Below, in pieces: positions 44,250 through 54,356 of a stretch of 64,000 nt of DNA. The position numbers were made by a program, and so were the translations under genes. Source of the DNA: a virus (Duplodnaviria; Caudoviricetes); the IMG/VR virus record IMGVR_UViG_2772190778_000001; one strand, 5' to 3'. The notes beneath the pieces were generated by a model. That model was given only the letters and a program-made list of their open reading frames with translations. It had not been told where the DNA came from and did no database searches. Numbering within the stretch: position 1 is the stretch's first letter; every line of letters begins with the position of its first letter.

Positions 44250-44468
44250 TCAGGATGCCGGTTTGTCGATGAAGGACCGGAGGAGTGCGCGGCGCTCTTC
44301 GGGGGTGCGCCGGGGGGAGGGGCCGAACATGATTTCTAGCTGTTTTTTGCGCGCGGCGACAATCTCGGCTTTGTCCGGATCGTCGTCGGGCAGAGCCTCG
44401 GCGTCGCGCAGCGCGTCTTCGTAATCCTGGCGCGAGGAGCCTTGGGGTTCGGTCAAGAGATAAGCCAA
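44250..44468 (-). CDS. Small acidic protein, putative MuF immunity partner
   Basis: Diverged homolog of 3274-3495. Confidence 0.7.
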   Translation of the reverse strand: MAYLLTEPQGSSRQDYEDALRDAEALPDDDPDKAEIVAARKKQLEIMFGPSPRRTPEERRALLRSFIDKPAS

Positions 44469-44471
44469 GTC

Positions 44472-45797
44472 TCACTCCTCCAGCATCTCGGTGATTGCGC
44501 GGACAACCTCTGCAACCGGGCCTCCCACTCTCTGGCGAACTTCAAGGGCGCGCGCACCGGGGCTGTCCGAATATAGGATCAGCCCTTGCGCGCGCAACAC
44601 CTCGAGAACAATCAGGCGGATCGCAGTATCTCGGTCCGCCCGGTCCAGATCCGGCGCGATCTCGTCGAGCATTTCCCCCGCGACGTCCTGAAACCCCACG
44701 ACGTTAACCCGCGCGGACGACAGACGCACGGCCCTGTAGAGCGACCCGTCATGGCCCACCGCCAGAATGGAGGTGACGCGCCGCTCGAACATCGTGGCGA
44801 GGTCTTGCGGGCTGAGAGGCGCAGAACTGGGATGATTGTGCACAAGGCCAATCTCTTGCCCGTCGCGCAGGCGTTGCGTGACCTCCGGCCCGAGGCGCAC
44901 CCGGTCAGCACCCCCCACGCTCCAGTCGATTTCCTCGCCAGTCCGCAGATTGAACGCGCCAAGATGCTCGCGCCCGTCGCCAAGGCCCATAAGCCGGGCG
45001 CGCATGGCAAAGCCAAGCTCGGTTGCCGCCGCCGGGGCGGAAAGCCCGGTCGATATCCCTGCATGGCGCGCGCCGAGGTCAAGCCAAGCATGGCCCGCGT
45101 TGCTATCCCATGCCGGATCGACCCCAAGCGCCGTGGGTTCAATCTCGCCGGTGCGACGGTTCAAGACCCCGCGCTCCTCCAGCTCGAAATCCTCTGTCAC
45201 CTTCAGGCCGCCCCGGTCGATCATGCCTTGGGAGAGTTGCTGGACCGTGCAGCCGCACCGCCAGCCGTTGGGGGGAAAGATACGAAGCCATGCCGGGTGA
45301 TCGACGGGCAGGATCAGGTCGTGATAGCGCGCGTGGTCCTCGCGCTTGGTGTCGCGCTGGATCTGGACGTAGCGCAGGAAGGGGAAGGCCGCCTTGGTGC
45401 GTTGAATGCGTGCCCATTTGCCCGCAGCATGGGCTGCGCGCATATTGGCGTCGAAGATCACCCGCAGGCGGCGGGGCGAGCCAAGCTGGACGTTCTTCAA
45501 CTCGCCGGTCAGGGGATCGCGCTCTGTGGCGCTGCCCCACCAGCCAAGCCGTTTCAACTCGGGCTCGAGGTCATCCATGAAGCTGCTGAGCGTGCCGCCA
45601 TTGGCCAGCGCCCGGTCGAGCGCCCCACGGATCGTCTCGAGCACGTCAGTTCGCATCGCCTTGGCGACAACGAAATTGCTGGCGTGCTCATTGCGCCAGA
45701 CGTCGCGGAAATCGAACCGCGCATCGGGCGGGGCGAGGCCTTTGGAGCGAAAGAAGGACAGCGCATCCTCGGGGCGCAGGCGCTGCAGGTCGATCAT
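44472..45797 (-). CDS. MuF minor head protein with C-terminal JAB/MPN-like domain
   Basis: MuF motifs; GREHL...HNHPSSAPLSPQD. Confidence 0.88.
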   Translation of the reverse strand: MIDLQRLRPEDALSFFRSKGLAPPDARFDFRDVWRNEHASNFVVAKAMRTDVLETIRGALDRALANGGTLSSFMDDLEPELKRLGWWGSATERDPLTGELKNVQLGSPRRLRVIFDANMRAAHAAGKWARIQRTKAAFPFLRYVQIQRDTKREDHARYHDLILPVDHPAWLRIFPPNGWRCGCTVQQLSQGMIDRGGLKVTEDFELEERGVLNRRTGEIEPTALGVDPAWDSNAGHAWLDLGARHAGISTGLSAPAAATELGFAMRARLMGLGDGREHLGAFNLRTGEEIDWSVGGADRVRLGPEVTQRLRDGQEIGLVHNHPSSAPLSPQDLATMFERRVTSILAVGHDGSLYRAVRLSSARVNVVGFQDVAGEMLDEIAPDLDRADRDTAIRLIVLEVLRAQGLILYSDSPGARALEVRQRVGGPVAEVVRAITEMLEE

Positions 45798-47344
45798 GGG
45801 GCCACGGAGCCGGGCAGGGTGTCCGACCCATCTGTTGCCTCGCTGTCGTCCACCACGGCCCCCAGTTCACCCGCCAGACGCGCGGCAAAACTGGCCTCGG
45901 TCAGCAGATCAGTCATCGCTTGTCCGTCGCTCGGTGCGGCCGCCAAGGCGTCGAGACGGGCGCGCAGCGCCTCAAGCGTGGTGCCCGGTGCGATGCTGCC
46001 CAGAAGGGCCGCGATATCTGCGAATAGCGGCTCGACGGCCGTCTCGGCATGACCCTCCGCGATGATCTCGGCCGCAAGCCTGTCGAGCGCGCTCTCATGG
46101 CGATGCTCGGCGAAACCGGCCTCGGGCGGGTTCTCACCAGGTGGGGTAGGGTCGGGAGGTGCTGTGCGCTCATAGCCGTCACCATAGATTTCCTTTACGC
46201 GATCCTCAGTCATCTGCCAGCCGATGCGATGCAGCTTCTCATCGCGGTCGACGGCGGCGGTTGTATCCTCCGGGTCTTCCATCTTGCGCCAGACCCTCGG
46301 CGGCGCAACACCGGGAAAGTTGAATTCACACAATCGTGCGACAGGCCCCTCGTTGAAGGATTGGCAGACGAGATCGGCATCGGATTTCTTGACCGCGTCG
46401 CCCACGTCGTCATGCACCTCGGCCTGAGACCGGCTGGAGCCATTGTCGGTGGTCATGGTCTGCGACAGCACGATTTTCGAGATGGCGGCATCCATCGTGT
46501 CGTGCAGCTTCTGGTAATCAAGAGAGCTGGCACCTGCGGGTGCAGATAAAAGCTCGATATCCATGCCCTCGGGGATGATGATCCCGGCCTCCGAGCGGAT
46601 GGCCAGAACCGCCTCGAGCAGGGTCTTTTGCTCTTCCTCCGTCGCCTGCGCGGGATATTTGCCGCGCGCGGTCGGCATGCCGAATTTGTCGAGGGCGATG
46701 AGCCAGAGCTTCAGACCGTTGCGCTTGAACCAGACCGGCCAATAGAGCCAATGCGCGAGACCCAGCCCGTAAGGCTCGTCGTCGTGATCAGCCCCTGTCG
46801 AGAAGACCCAGAACTTCTCGGGCGGCATTTCCTCGCCGGTCAGCATGTTTGAGAGGGTCAAAAGGCGCAACCCGCAATCCTCGTCAAAGCGAAACCGCAC
46901 CCGGTCGCGCACGCGGATTTCTTCCCAGCCCCAGAGCCGCCCGTCGCGCCGATACATCTGTTCGGCGACGGAATAGCCATAGAAGAGGCCCCAGAGCATT
47001 TTCTCGGTCAGGCGGTCGAATTTCAGGCCCGCGAGTTCCTCCCGCAGCCAGTCGGCCGCGCGCTTGCCTGCCGCCGTGTCCTCGCCCGGTACCACCTCCC
47101 ATTCCCGGCTGGTCACGGCCGAGATGCGTTGCGTCATCACCGATTTGACCTGCGGGTCTGTCAGGATGGGCTTGTAGATGTCGAAACTGCCGCCGCCCCG
47201 TGTGCGCAGGATCGGATCTGTCGGCTCGAGCAGCGGGCCGATCCACGGACGGGTGATGTCACGCCCGCCCTGAATGCCCGCGAGCTCCATCGGGTTGCGC
47301 ATCCGCACCGACCGCAGCCGCATGGTGCTGGTCTTTCTCGCCAT
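45794..47344 (-). CDS. Portal protein (DUF935)
   Basis: Homolog of 4820-6370. Confidence 0.92.
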   Translation of the reverse strand: MARKTSTMRLRSVRMRNPMELAGIQGGRDITRPWIGPLLEPTDPILRTRGGGSFDIYKPILTDPQVKSVMTQRISAVTSREWEVVPGEDTAAGKRAADWLREELAGLKFDRLTEKMLWGLFYGYSVAEQMYRRDGRLWGWEEIRVRDRVRFRFDEDCGLRLLTLSNMLTGEEMPPEKFWVFSTGADHDDEPYGLGLAHWLYWPVWFKRNGLKLWLIALDKFGMPTARGKYPAQATEEEQKTLLEAVLAIRSEAGIIIPEGMDIELLSAPAGASSLDYQKLHDTMDAAISKIVLSQTMTTDNGSSRSQAEVHDDVGDAVKKSDADLVCQSFNEGPVARLCEFNFPGVAPPRVWRKMEDPEDTTAAVDRDEKLHRIGWQMTEDRVKEIYGDGYERTAPPDPTPPGENPPEAGFAEHRHESALDRLAAEIIAEGHAETAVEPLFADIAALLGSIAPGTTLEALRARLDALAAAPSDGQAMTDLLTEASFAARLAGELGAVVDDSEATDGSDTLPGSVAP

Positions 47345-47345
47345 C

Positions 47346-48986
47346 TCAGAATCCTCCGAAATCCAAGCCACCCCGGCCCCGGGCAAAGCCCATGCGCCGC
47401 CCGCCCAAGGGGCTGGTGAAGTCTTGAGCCGTCAAAGCGGTGCGCGGCCCGGTCGATTGAAACTCCATCGGCACCACGTCCTGATTGCTCGCATACCAGG
47501 CGAGCGCGCCTGCAATGGCGCTGTCGCCGTGCCGGTCGAGCCCGTCTGAGCCCTTGAAGCGGAAATTCTCGGGCACGCGGATGATGCCGTTTGTGTATTG
47601 CAGCGCCTGGTGGTCGCGCAGCACGTCCTCATGGGCGGGCAGAACGATGGTGCGATCCGAGAAAGCCTCGATATAGGGGGGCATCTCGAGCTCGTACCAT
47701 TGGCGCGTGAAGGAGACTTCGACGATCCGCTCGCCGTAGCGTTGGGCCGCGACCTCGGCGAGATAGGCCCCATTGCCGGTGCGGTCCATCGCGCCCTTGT
47801 AGAAATTAGGCAGCCGGTCGAGCAGCCAGAAGAGCACATCACGCTGCTGATCGAAGGGGATGTTGCGCAGCTCGACAATGAGCTTGGTGCGCCGCGTGAG
47901 ATCGACGCCCTGCTCGAGAATGATGATGTCGGTGGCGTCGCCTGAGCGCGCAAAGTCCTCGCCCATGAAATGCGGGCGGGTTGGGTCGAGGGTTTTAAGC
48001 ACCGGTTCAAGGTGGGTTTTACACCAGGCTTCAGCAGCGGCCTTGCGCACGGGTTCGTCGGCGTTCTTGAAGCTGTCGGGCTGCGTCCAGCGATGGAACG
48101 GGATGCCCTTGGCCATGCAGGCCTCGATCTGCACGCGGGTGAGGGCCGCGCCTTCCATCTCGGCCGGTTCCGCATCAAGCTCCTGGCGCATGGCGGCCTC
48201 GCGCGCGCCGTAAGCGCGGCGCACGGTGGCCTCCCACGCGGCCTCGGCTTCCGGCGTCCAGGTCTTGCCCTGCATCATGCAGACGCGTTTATAGAGCCCG
48301 TTGGCGACCGCGTCGCCGAAGGTGTAGCGATGCACCGCAAAGCCGTTCTTGCCCGCGCGCGCCTCGCGGATGAGTTCGTTGAAGGCGTTGAGATAGCCGT
48401 TATGGGTCGAGATGATCCGGACCTTGCCACCCCAGATCAGCATCGCGTTCACGGCGTCGATCACCTCGCGCACGTCTTTGTGGAACGCGGCCTCGTCGAT
48501 CACCACGGTGCCCTGAAGGCCCCGGATATTGGCGGGGTTGGAGCTGAGCGCCTCAACCCGGAACCCGGAGGCAAAGCGCACCCGGTAGGCCGAGATGAAC
48601 TTGGTGGTGCCGTCGGGCTGTTGATCCTCGAAGAGAAACTCCTCGATAGGGTGCGCCGCCCCGGCAATCACCCGCGCGAAATGCGCCACATAGCCGATGG
48701 CCTCGCGGCCCTTGTCCTTGGTGTCGCCGATGTAAAAGCAATTCTGCCCGCCCGCGCCGCGCGCGGCGGCGGCAATCAACGCGCAGCCCAGCATCTCGGC
48801 AAAGGTGATGCCGGTGCGGCGGCCCTTTTCGCAGACCTTGAGGTCGCTCTCGTCGGCGAGCCAAGAGCGTTGATGCGCCATCAGGATGCCGTCCGCGAGC
48901 GGATCGAGGCTCTCGGGGATCTCCGAGCCGCGCGGCAATTCCTCGGGCAGGGCGTCGGGGTCGCGGGTGAGGACGGGGGCGATCAC
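47346..48986 (-). CDS. terL: Terminase large subunit
   Basis: Same motifs as 6363-8012; GTGA overlap with TerS. Confidence 0.93.
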   Translation of the reverse strand: MIAPVLTRDPDALPEELPRGSEIPESLDPLADGILMAHQRSWLADESDLKVCEKGRRTGITFAEMLGCALIAAAARGAGGQNCFYIGDTKDKGREAIGYVAHFARVIAGAAHPIEEFLFEDQQPDGTTKFISAYRVRFASGFRVEALSSNPANIRGLQGTVVIDEAAFHKDVREVIDAVNAMLIWGGKVRIISTHNGYLNAFNELIREARAGKNGFAVHRYTFGDAVANGLYKRVCMMQGKTWTPEAEAAWEATVRRAYGAREAAMRQELDAEPAEMEGAALTRVQIEACMAKGIPFHRWTQPDSFKNADEPVRKAAAEAWCKTHLEPVLKTLDPTRPHFMGEDFARSGDATDIIILEQGVDLTRRTKLIVELRNIPFDQQRDVLFWLLDRLPNFYKGAMDRTGNGAYLAEVAAQRYGERIVEVSFTRQWYELEMPPYIEAFSDRTIVLPAHEDVLRDHQALQYTNGIIRVPENFRFKGSDGLDRHGDSAIAGALAWYASNQDVVPMEFQSTGPRTALTAQDFTSPLGGRRMGFARGRGGLDFGGF

Positions 48987-49552
48987 GCGCGCACTCCCAG
49001 AAACTCCCGCCGCAGCTTGCCGATGACGTCGCTGGAAAGCCCCAGTTCATCGCGGGCGCTGTCCAGCGCCTCGACGGCATTGGCGCGTTCTTCGGCGGCG
49101 ATGCGGGCGCGTTCCTTGACCATGAGCTGCTCGCGAATGCCCGCGCTCGACATGATGTCCTTCATCATCTTGCCCAAGAAATGTAGCTCGCGCGGATCGA
49201 TATCCTCGCCCTCCTTGGTCATCTGCGATTTAAGAACCTTGAAGGCCACGCTTGTCATCATCTGGAAAAGAACGCGGTGCCGGTCGGCCTCCTCCGAGAG
49301 GTCATTGTCGGCCAGCCACTGGCTGGCCCATGCCCCGGCCTCGTTCTGCAGCTTGACGAACTGCTCGTATTCCTGACCGTAGGCATGCAGGGCGCTCTTG
49401 CCGATGCGCAGCTCGAGCCCGTCTTCCGCGAGGCGGAAGTTCAATTCTTCGGCCAGTTCCTCGTAGCCGTGAAAACCCTTGGCTTTCCACCAGTCATGCA
49501 GCCACTGGCGCAGCTCGGGCGGCAACAGCTCGACCTTGCGGGGTGGGGGCAT
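48983..49552 (-). CDS. DUF3486 putative small terminase
   Basis: Homolog of 9018-9590. Confidence 0.85.
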   Translation of the reverse strand: MPPPRKVELLPPELRQWLHDWWKAKGFHGYEELAEELNFRLAEDGLELRIGKSALHAYGQEYEQFVKLQNEAGAWASQWLADNDLSEEADRHRVLFQMMTSVAFKVLKSQMTKEGEDIDPRELHFLGKMMKDIMSSAGIREQLMVKERARIAAEERANAVEALDSARDELGLSSDVIGKLRREFLGVRA

Positions 49553-49553
49553 G

Positions 49554-49856
49554 TCAGAGCCTCCGCGCGCTTGGACGCTGGATCTCCGGATGCACGGCCT
49601 CGCCGCGCGCGACCTCGATGCCACGCCGGGTGGCCTCGGCAATGACGAAGTCGCCATGGTCGGCTACGGTGACCATGCCCACCTCCTGCAACCATGCCAG
49701 TTCGGTGGTCACCTGGTCAAAGGTGGAGCCGACGCCCACGCCATTGAGCACGTCGCGCAGGATCGACGCATTGGCAGTATAGCCCGAGACCTGTTCGAGA
49801 TGCCGCAGGATCGCGAGGCGGCGGTGTTTGCGCAGGGTTGCTTGATAATCGCTCAC
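49554..49856 (-). CDS. Conserved winged-helix-like protein (gp26 position)
   Basis: Homolog of 9592-9894. Confidence 0.8.
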   Translation of the reverse strand: MSDYQATLRKHRRLAILRHLEQVSGYTANASILRDVLNGVGVGSTFDQVTTELAWLQEVGMVTVADHGDFVIAEATRRGIEVARGEAVHPEIQRPSARRL

Positions 49857-50197
49857 TTCTTGCCTCCATCGAGCAGGTGTTGTTCGTGGCGTGACACGAT
49901 GGCCTCGAGCCGGGCGGTGATCATCGCGTTGCCCTCCATGACGGCGGCCATCTTCTCCATCGACCCGGTTTGTCTGACCAGCTCGAGTTGAAGCGCGTGC
50001 ATGTCATCCTTGCCCGGCATGTTCTGCACCGCCTGTTCGAGCCGGGAAATCCGGGCTTCGTGCCGGTCCATCCGCTCGTGGCCTTCCGCGAGGGTTTCGT
50101 CCAGGTCTTTGCGGCGCGTGGCGATGAATGTGTAAAGCGCCACGAGCATCGGGAAGACGACACCCAGCCCTTTCCAGAAGAGGTCCCAATCCATCAT
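49853..50197 (-). CDS. DUF2730-like protein
   Basis: Homolog of 9891-10235. Confidence 0.75.
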   Translation of the reverse strand: MMDWDLFWKGLGVVFPMLVALYTFIATRRKDLDETLAEGHERMDRHEARISRLEQAVQNMPGKDDMHALQLELVRQTGSMEKMAAVMEGNAMITARLEAIVSRHEQHLLDGGKK

Positions 50198-50766
50198 GCC
50201 GCGCGCTTCCAGTCGTCGAGCGCCGGGTTGTCGGTTACGTCCACGGCGGCCAAGGCGACCTCGGCATCTGGTCCGGTATCGGCCGCACCCGGACTGTCAT
50301 GGCGTAGCGCCTGCAATTGGGAGACGCTGCGCGCCACTTGCGGGGCCTGCGCGATGATCCGCGCGGCTTCCTTTTGCATCGCGGTTCCCCGGAACTTGTG
50401 CAGCTCGCGCGCGCCAAAGTAGAAGGCGACAATGGCCCCCATCAGCGCCCAGAGCGGTTCAGGCACGAGGGCGAGGCCTGTCATCCGCTCGGCAAACCAG
50501 ATCGGGTCTGACATGGCCGACCAGAAAAGGAAAAGGCAGCCAAAGGCCATGGCCGGGCGCGGCAGGCGGTTGAGACCGTCCACGAACTGCCCCCAAAGAC
50601 CGGGCGCGCCGGTGAACTCCGCCGCCATTTGGGCAAGGGCCGCTTGCTGAAACGCGGCCTCCCGCATATCCGCCTTTTCGGCATTGGGCCGAAAGATCTC
50701 GGCCGTCTCGGCAATCACATTGCGCCCGCCGCCAAAGAGCGCCCCCAGAAACTTGATCAGCCCCAT
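50194..50766 (-). CDS. 3-TM holin family protein
   Basis: DGLNRLPRP motif; homolog of 10232-10804. Confidence 0.8.
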   Translation of the reverse strand: MGLIKFLGALFGGGRNVIAETAEIFRPNAEKADMREAAFQQAALAQMAAEFTGAPGLWGQFVDGLNRLPRPAMAFGCLFLFWSAMSDPIWFAERMTGLALVPEPLWALMGAIVAFYFGARELHKFRGTAMQKEAARIIAQAPQVARSVSQLQALRHDSPGAADTGPDAEVALAAVDVTDNPALDDWKRAA

Positions 50767-51368
50767 GATGCCACCCTCTCTTTGAAATCTGCGTCCGTCA
50801 TGCGGTAGCGCGCCGACATGAATTCCTCGGCGCGCCTGATCCAGCCGCCTTTGCCGCCCGCGCGAGAGCGTGCGAACTTGCGGCTTGCGGGCCGCGCATC
50901 GGCGAGGCGCAGGTAGTAATTGCGCCGGGCGATGGCATAGGCGTCGGCGATATGGGCCGGGGCCGCGTTATGGGCGGCGCGCACCGCGCGCAAAGTGGCC
51001 GGGCCGATCACGCCGTCGACCGTCGCGGGAAACCCCATGTCAGTTACGAGGCGCTGCAGGATTTTCACGGCATTGGAGCCTGCGTTGACCTGCATGTCGA
51101 AGACGCTCGCCTGCAGCGCCTCGGGCAGTTCCGCGATGCGCGGCCGCACGAAGTAATGCTCGATGAAGATGTCGACGGCGCGGGCGCGGGTCATGAGGCG
51201 CACATCGGCCACGTCCACGTCGCCATCCCGGTCGAGATCAAGGCCCAAGCTGCGCATGGTGTGGATCGTGACGCCAAAGTTGGTGGCCCCGCCGGGGTCG
51301 GCGGGGTCATTCACGAAGCCGCCTTCGCGGGCGACAATCTCTTCGGCAATGGTTCGGACTGTTTGCAT
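50757..51368 (-). CDS. GH108 endolysin
   Basis: EGGFVNDPADPGGATNFG. Confidence 0.9.
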   Translation of the reverse strand: MQTVRTIAEEIVAREGGFVNDPADPGGATNFGVTIHTMRSLGLDLDRDGDVDVADVRLMTRARAVDIFIEHYFVRPRIAELPEALQASVFDMQVNAGSNAVKILQRLVTDMGFPATVDGVIGPATLRAVRAAHNAAPAHIADAYAIARRNYYLRLADARPASRKFARSRAGGKGGWIRRAEEFMSARYRMTDADFKERVASWG

Positions 51369-51373
51369 GGGTG

Positions 51374-51400
51374 CCCCCTTTCCCGTCAGGATAAAGGGGG
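51374..51400 (-). promoter_or_regulatory. Hairpin sequestering the endolysin RBS
   Basis: Same 8-bp stem as 11413-11439. Confidence 0.55.
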
Positions 51401-51409
51401 ACGCACAGC

Positions 51410-51799
51410 TTATTCAGATGAAGCCCTTCGCATGACCTTGAGGAGGGGTGGTTCTTCCTCCTCTGCCAGCGCTGCCTTGACCTGCAAAACGCGGCGGGCG
51501 GTCACGCCAAAGCGGTTGGCCAGTTCATTGACCGGCGTATCCGGGGCCTCGCGCAGCGCGTGTCTGAGGCCATCTCGGGTCTGCGCCCGAATGGAGGGCA
51601 CGTCCACGTAGTCACCAGCGTAGCGGTCGGAAATCCATCTGGCAATATCCGGCCCTCCGAGCGCCGTCAGCTGGCTTTTGGTCCTTGGCGTGCCGGGCAC
51701 ATAAAGGCGCATGCCGCTTGCACGGTGCAAGAAACGCTCGACCGGGGCGTCGCCCAGATCGGTGCGCATCTCGTCGACCCAGAGAGGATCATTCTCCAT
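51410..51799 (-). CDS. Mor/C-family activator
   Basis: Homolog of 11449-11838. Confidence 0.8.
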   Translation of the reverse strand: MENDPLWVDEMRTDLGDAPVERFLHRASGMRLYVPGTPRTKSQLTALGGPDIARWISDRYAGDYVDVPSIRAQTRDGLRHALREAPDTPVNELANRFGVTARRVLQVKAALAEEEEPPLLKVMRRASSE

Positions 51800-51808
51800 C
51801 GGGCTTCT

Positions 51809-52261
51809 TCACCGGCGGTGATCCTCCCAGTCGAAGTCGATGTTTTGACGATGGCCCCACGTTTTGAGGGCCTGAATGACGGCGTCGATCTGTTCCCACG
51901 CGCGCAGCATGTCGACATCGGCTGGGACCGATCCCCAGACGCCTCCGAACCGCGCGCGGATGAACTTGTTGAGCCCGGCGCGGGAGGGATCGCGCAGCGC
52001 GCCCGATTGCCCGAGCTTGCGCCAAAGCACATGGATCATGCGCAGGTCGGCGCGGGGTGCGGGCTTGTGGCGCGGATTGCGGGGTTTGTCCTCGAACCCC
52101 GCCTGCTTCAGACGGTTGACGACGAGCTTCAACTCGCCGTCGTTCATGTCGCGCAAGGAGGCCTTGCCGGTGACGCTGACCTGCAAATCCCGGCGCGCGT
52201 CCTCGTCGAGGCCCAATTGGCGGCAGGCGGCGAAGATCAGCTGTTGCAGGGCGCGGTTCAT
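51809..52261 (-). CDS. gp16/GemA-like protein
   Basis: Homolog of 12076-12528. Confidence 0.85.
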   Translation of the reverse strand: MNRALQQLIFAACRQLGLDEDARRDLQVSVTGKASLRDMNDGELKLVVNRLKQAGFEDKPRNPRHKPAPRADLRMIHVLWRKLGQSGALRDPSRAGLNKFIRARFGGVWGSVPADVDMLRAWEQIDAVIQALKTWGHRQNIDFDWEDHRR

Positions 52262-52265
52262 CGAC

Positions 52266-52916
52266 TCAGACCTTCGCCAGATCGATGGTGATCGGCTCCC
52301 AAGGTGCGTCATGCGCTGCCCGGTGCCAGCACCGCACATAGGTCTTGGAGCCGACCGTGCGCATCGCGTCGCGGATCGCGTCCTGACCGCGTTTCCAGCG
52401 CGGATCGGTGCTGTCGCGGCGCAGGAGCATGAAAATCAGCGCTCGGTTGATCTGCCCCTGCTTGTCGGTGTTGAAGGCGTCGGCCACGAGGCCGCGCAGC
52501 TCGGCGCGCGCCTCGGCAGACCACTCATTCAGGCATTCGTCAAAGAGCTGCTTTGCCGTCTGCAACTCGGGGCCGAAGTCAATCCGGTCCGACACACGCA
52601 CCTCGACCTTATAGAGCTGATCGACGCTCATCAGCGTCTTGTTGCCCTTCTTGCCGCCGATCCTGGCATCATATTCCTGCGCAAGTATCGCCTCGAATGC
52701 ACCGATATCGTCGAAGGTATGTGCCTTGAAACGCTTGACTTGATCGGACAGCGGCAGGCCGTAGCTGACAATCTTGCGGACGGTCTCATCCTCGAGCATG
52801 TGCTGCGGCTTGATGGTCTCGAGCGGCTGCCAGCCGCCCCGGCCGTCGCCCATATAGATGTTTCCGTCAATCTCGCGGCGTCCGTCTGGGATGGAAAGGG
52901 GGGTGAATTCAGACAT
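52266..52916 (-). CDS. DUF3164 family protein
   Basis: Diverged homolog of 13873-14523. Confidence 0.88.
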   Translation of the reverse strand: MSEFTPLSIPDGRREIDGNIYMGDGRGGWQPLETIKPQHMLEDETVRKIVSYGLPLSDQVKRFKAHTFDDIGAFEAILAQEYDARIGGKKGNKTLMSVDQLYKVEVRVSDRIDFGPELQTAKQLFDECLNEWSAEARAELRGLVADAFNTDKQGQINRALIFMLLRRDSTDPRWKRGQDAIRDAMRTVGSKTYVRCWHRAAHDAPWEPITIDLAKV

Positions 52917-52917
52917 T

Positions 52918-53118
52918 TTACTCTCCTGTTGAAGGGGGTGTTGAAAGGAGGCGCGGACCCACGCCATGCAGCGCGCAGACGGCGGCCATGGCGGTGATTT
53001 CGTCCATGGAGCAAAGCGTGCTACCGCGCGGGCCAAGCAGGTCCACCTTGGCCACGCCCGAGGCTGCGAGGCGCAGCATTTCGTCGGGGTTCCAGCGGGC
53101 GATTTCGGGGGCGTTCAT
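52918..53118 (-). CDS. Hypothetical early protein
   Basis: Homolog of 14525-14725. Confidence 0.7.
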   Translation of the reverse strand: MNAPEIARWNPDEMLRLAASGVAKVDLLGPRGSTLCSMDEITAMAAVCALHGVGPRLLSTPPSTGE

Positions 53119-53465
53119 GGGTTGGTCTCCTTGTCGTCGAGAATGGCGTCGATCAGATTGTCGCGGATCACGACGTCGAGGATGCGGACGGCGAGCGCCT
53201 TCGTTTCTATCCCGCGCGCGATGGCATGCGGTGCAAGCGCGGCGCGGGTCTCGGCGTTGAGCCGGGTCAGCTGTGCGCCCTGAGGCCCGCAGGGTTTGCC
53301 CGGTCGAACCGGTGGAAAAGCGGCCCCGTGACGGCGCAGGTAGTGCAGCACGGAGTGGACGCGCTGCGTCGTGACCCCGAGGCGGCGCGCGATCTCCGAG
53401 GCGGGCACCGCCTGCACCGCAAGCTCCGTCACAGGCGTATCAAGGCTGTCGTCATGCCGCGTCAT
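53115..53465 (-). CDS. HTH early protein
   Basis: Homolog of 14722-15072. Confidence 0.75.
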   Translation of the reverse strand: MTRHDDSLDTPVTELAVQAVPASEIARRLGVTTQRVHSVLHYLRRHGAAFPPVRPGKPCGPQGAQLTRLNAETRAALAPHAIARGIETKALAVRILDVVIRDNLIDAILDDKETNP

Positions 53466-53826
53466 CGTCGGCCCCTTTGTGGATGGGGCACCGATTGCAG
53501 GCGCGGTACATGGATACACTGAGCGAGTTCACGTTTTCGAACTGCGCCGCTTTTCCGCGCCAACGGCGGCAGACCTGTTTGCCGATCTCGCCCAAGGCGG
53601 GGCAGTCGACCACTTCGCGCATGAAATGCCCGCGCACGAGGTCCTCGACGATGCTGGTGTCGGCTGGGTAGCGGTTGCGCAGGATGTTCGACACAAGCGT
53701 TGCGCTGCGTTCCATCTTGACCGCAACCTTGTTCTGGCTGGTCTCGTCGCAGGCACGCGCCAAGGCGGCCACCCAATCCGGCAAGGCGTCGCCCCAGAAT
53801 TCGCGAGCGGTGTCACGCGCACTCAT
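53452..53826 (-). CDS. Conserved Mu-like early protein
   Basis: Homolog of 15059-15433. Confidence 0.8.
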   Translation of the reverse strand: MSARDTAREFWGDALPDWVAALARACDETSQNKVAVKMERSATLVSNILRNRYPADTSIVEDLVRGHFMREVVDCPALGEIGKQVCRRWRGKAAQFENVNSLSVSMYRACNRCPIHKGADDDAA

Positions 53827-54356
53827 GCTGCACCACCTTTCGCCGGGCTGAAGCCGCCGGTGTTGGGGTCAAGGATGCCCGCCAGACGCACCGGCTTGGG
53901 CGCGCGCGGGCCGGTATCCTCGACAAGGCGATAGAGCGCTTCGCGGCGACCGGGGATGGCCATTTCGACCACGCGCAGATGTTCGGAGGCCAAGAGTTGG
54001 CGGCAATAGGCGCGTGCCTTCTCGACGGTCACTTCGACGCCTCCTGCATTGGCATGGGCTGCGATGTCGACGGGGCTGAAACTATGGCGCAGCGTGCGCA
54101 TAGCGCGCCACATATTTCCCTCGGGTGTTGCCTCGCCAGAGACCGGCTGCGGGCCGGGCAGGGGGCGGCCTGTGGGGGCATACCAGCGTTTGCCATTGCG
54201 GGTGACGCGGCTCACGCGGATCTTGCCCGCGTCCCGCCAGTGGCGCAGGTAGCGCACGGCAGTCTCACGGCTGCAGCCGAGGTGGGACACGGCCTCCCAG
54301 TCAAACTCTTCAAGCTCGCGGACCTGCGTCCAAAGGCGATCAAAGAGGTCACTCAT
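53823..54356 (-). CDS. Putative DNA-binding early protein
   Basis: Homolog of 15430-15960. Confidence 0.75.
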   Translation of the reverse strand: MSDLFDRLWTQVRELEEFDWEAVSHLGCSRETAVRYLRHWRDAGKIRVSRVTRNGKRWYAPTGRPLPGPQPVSGEATPEGNMWRAMRTLRHSFSPVDIAAHANAGGVEVTVEKARAYCRQLLASEHLRVVEMAIPGRREALYRLVEDTGPRAPKPVRLAGILDPNTGGFSPAKGGAA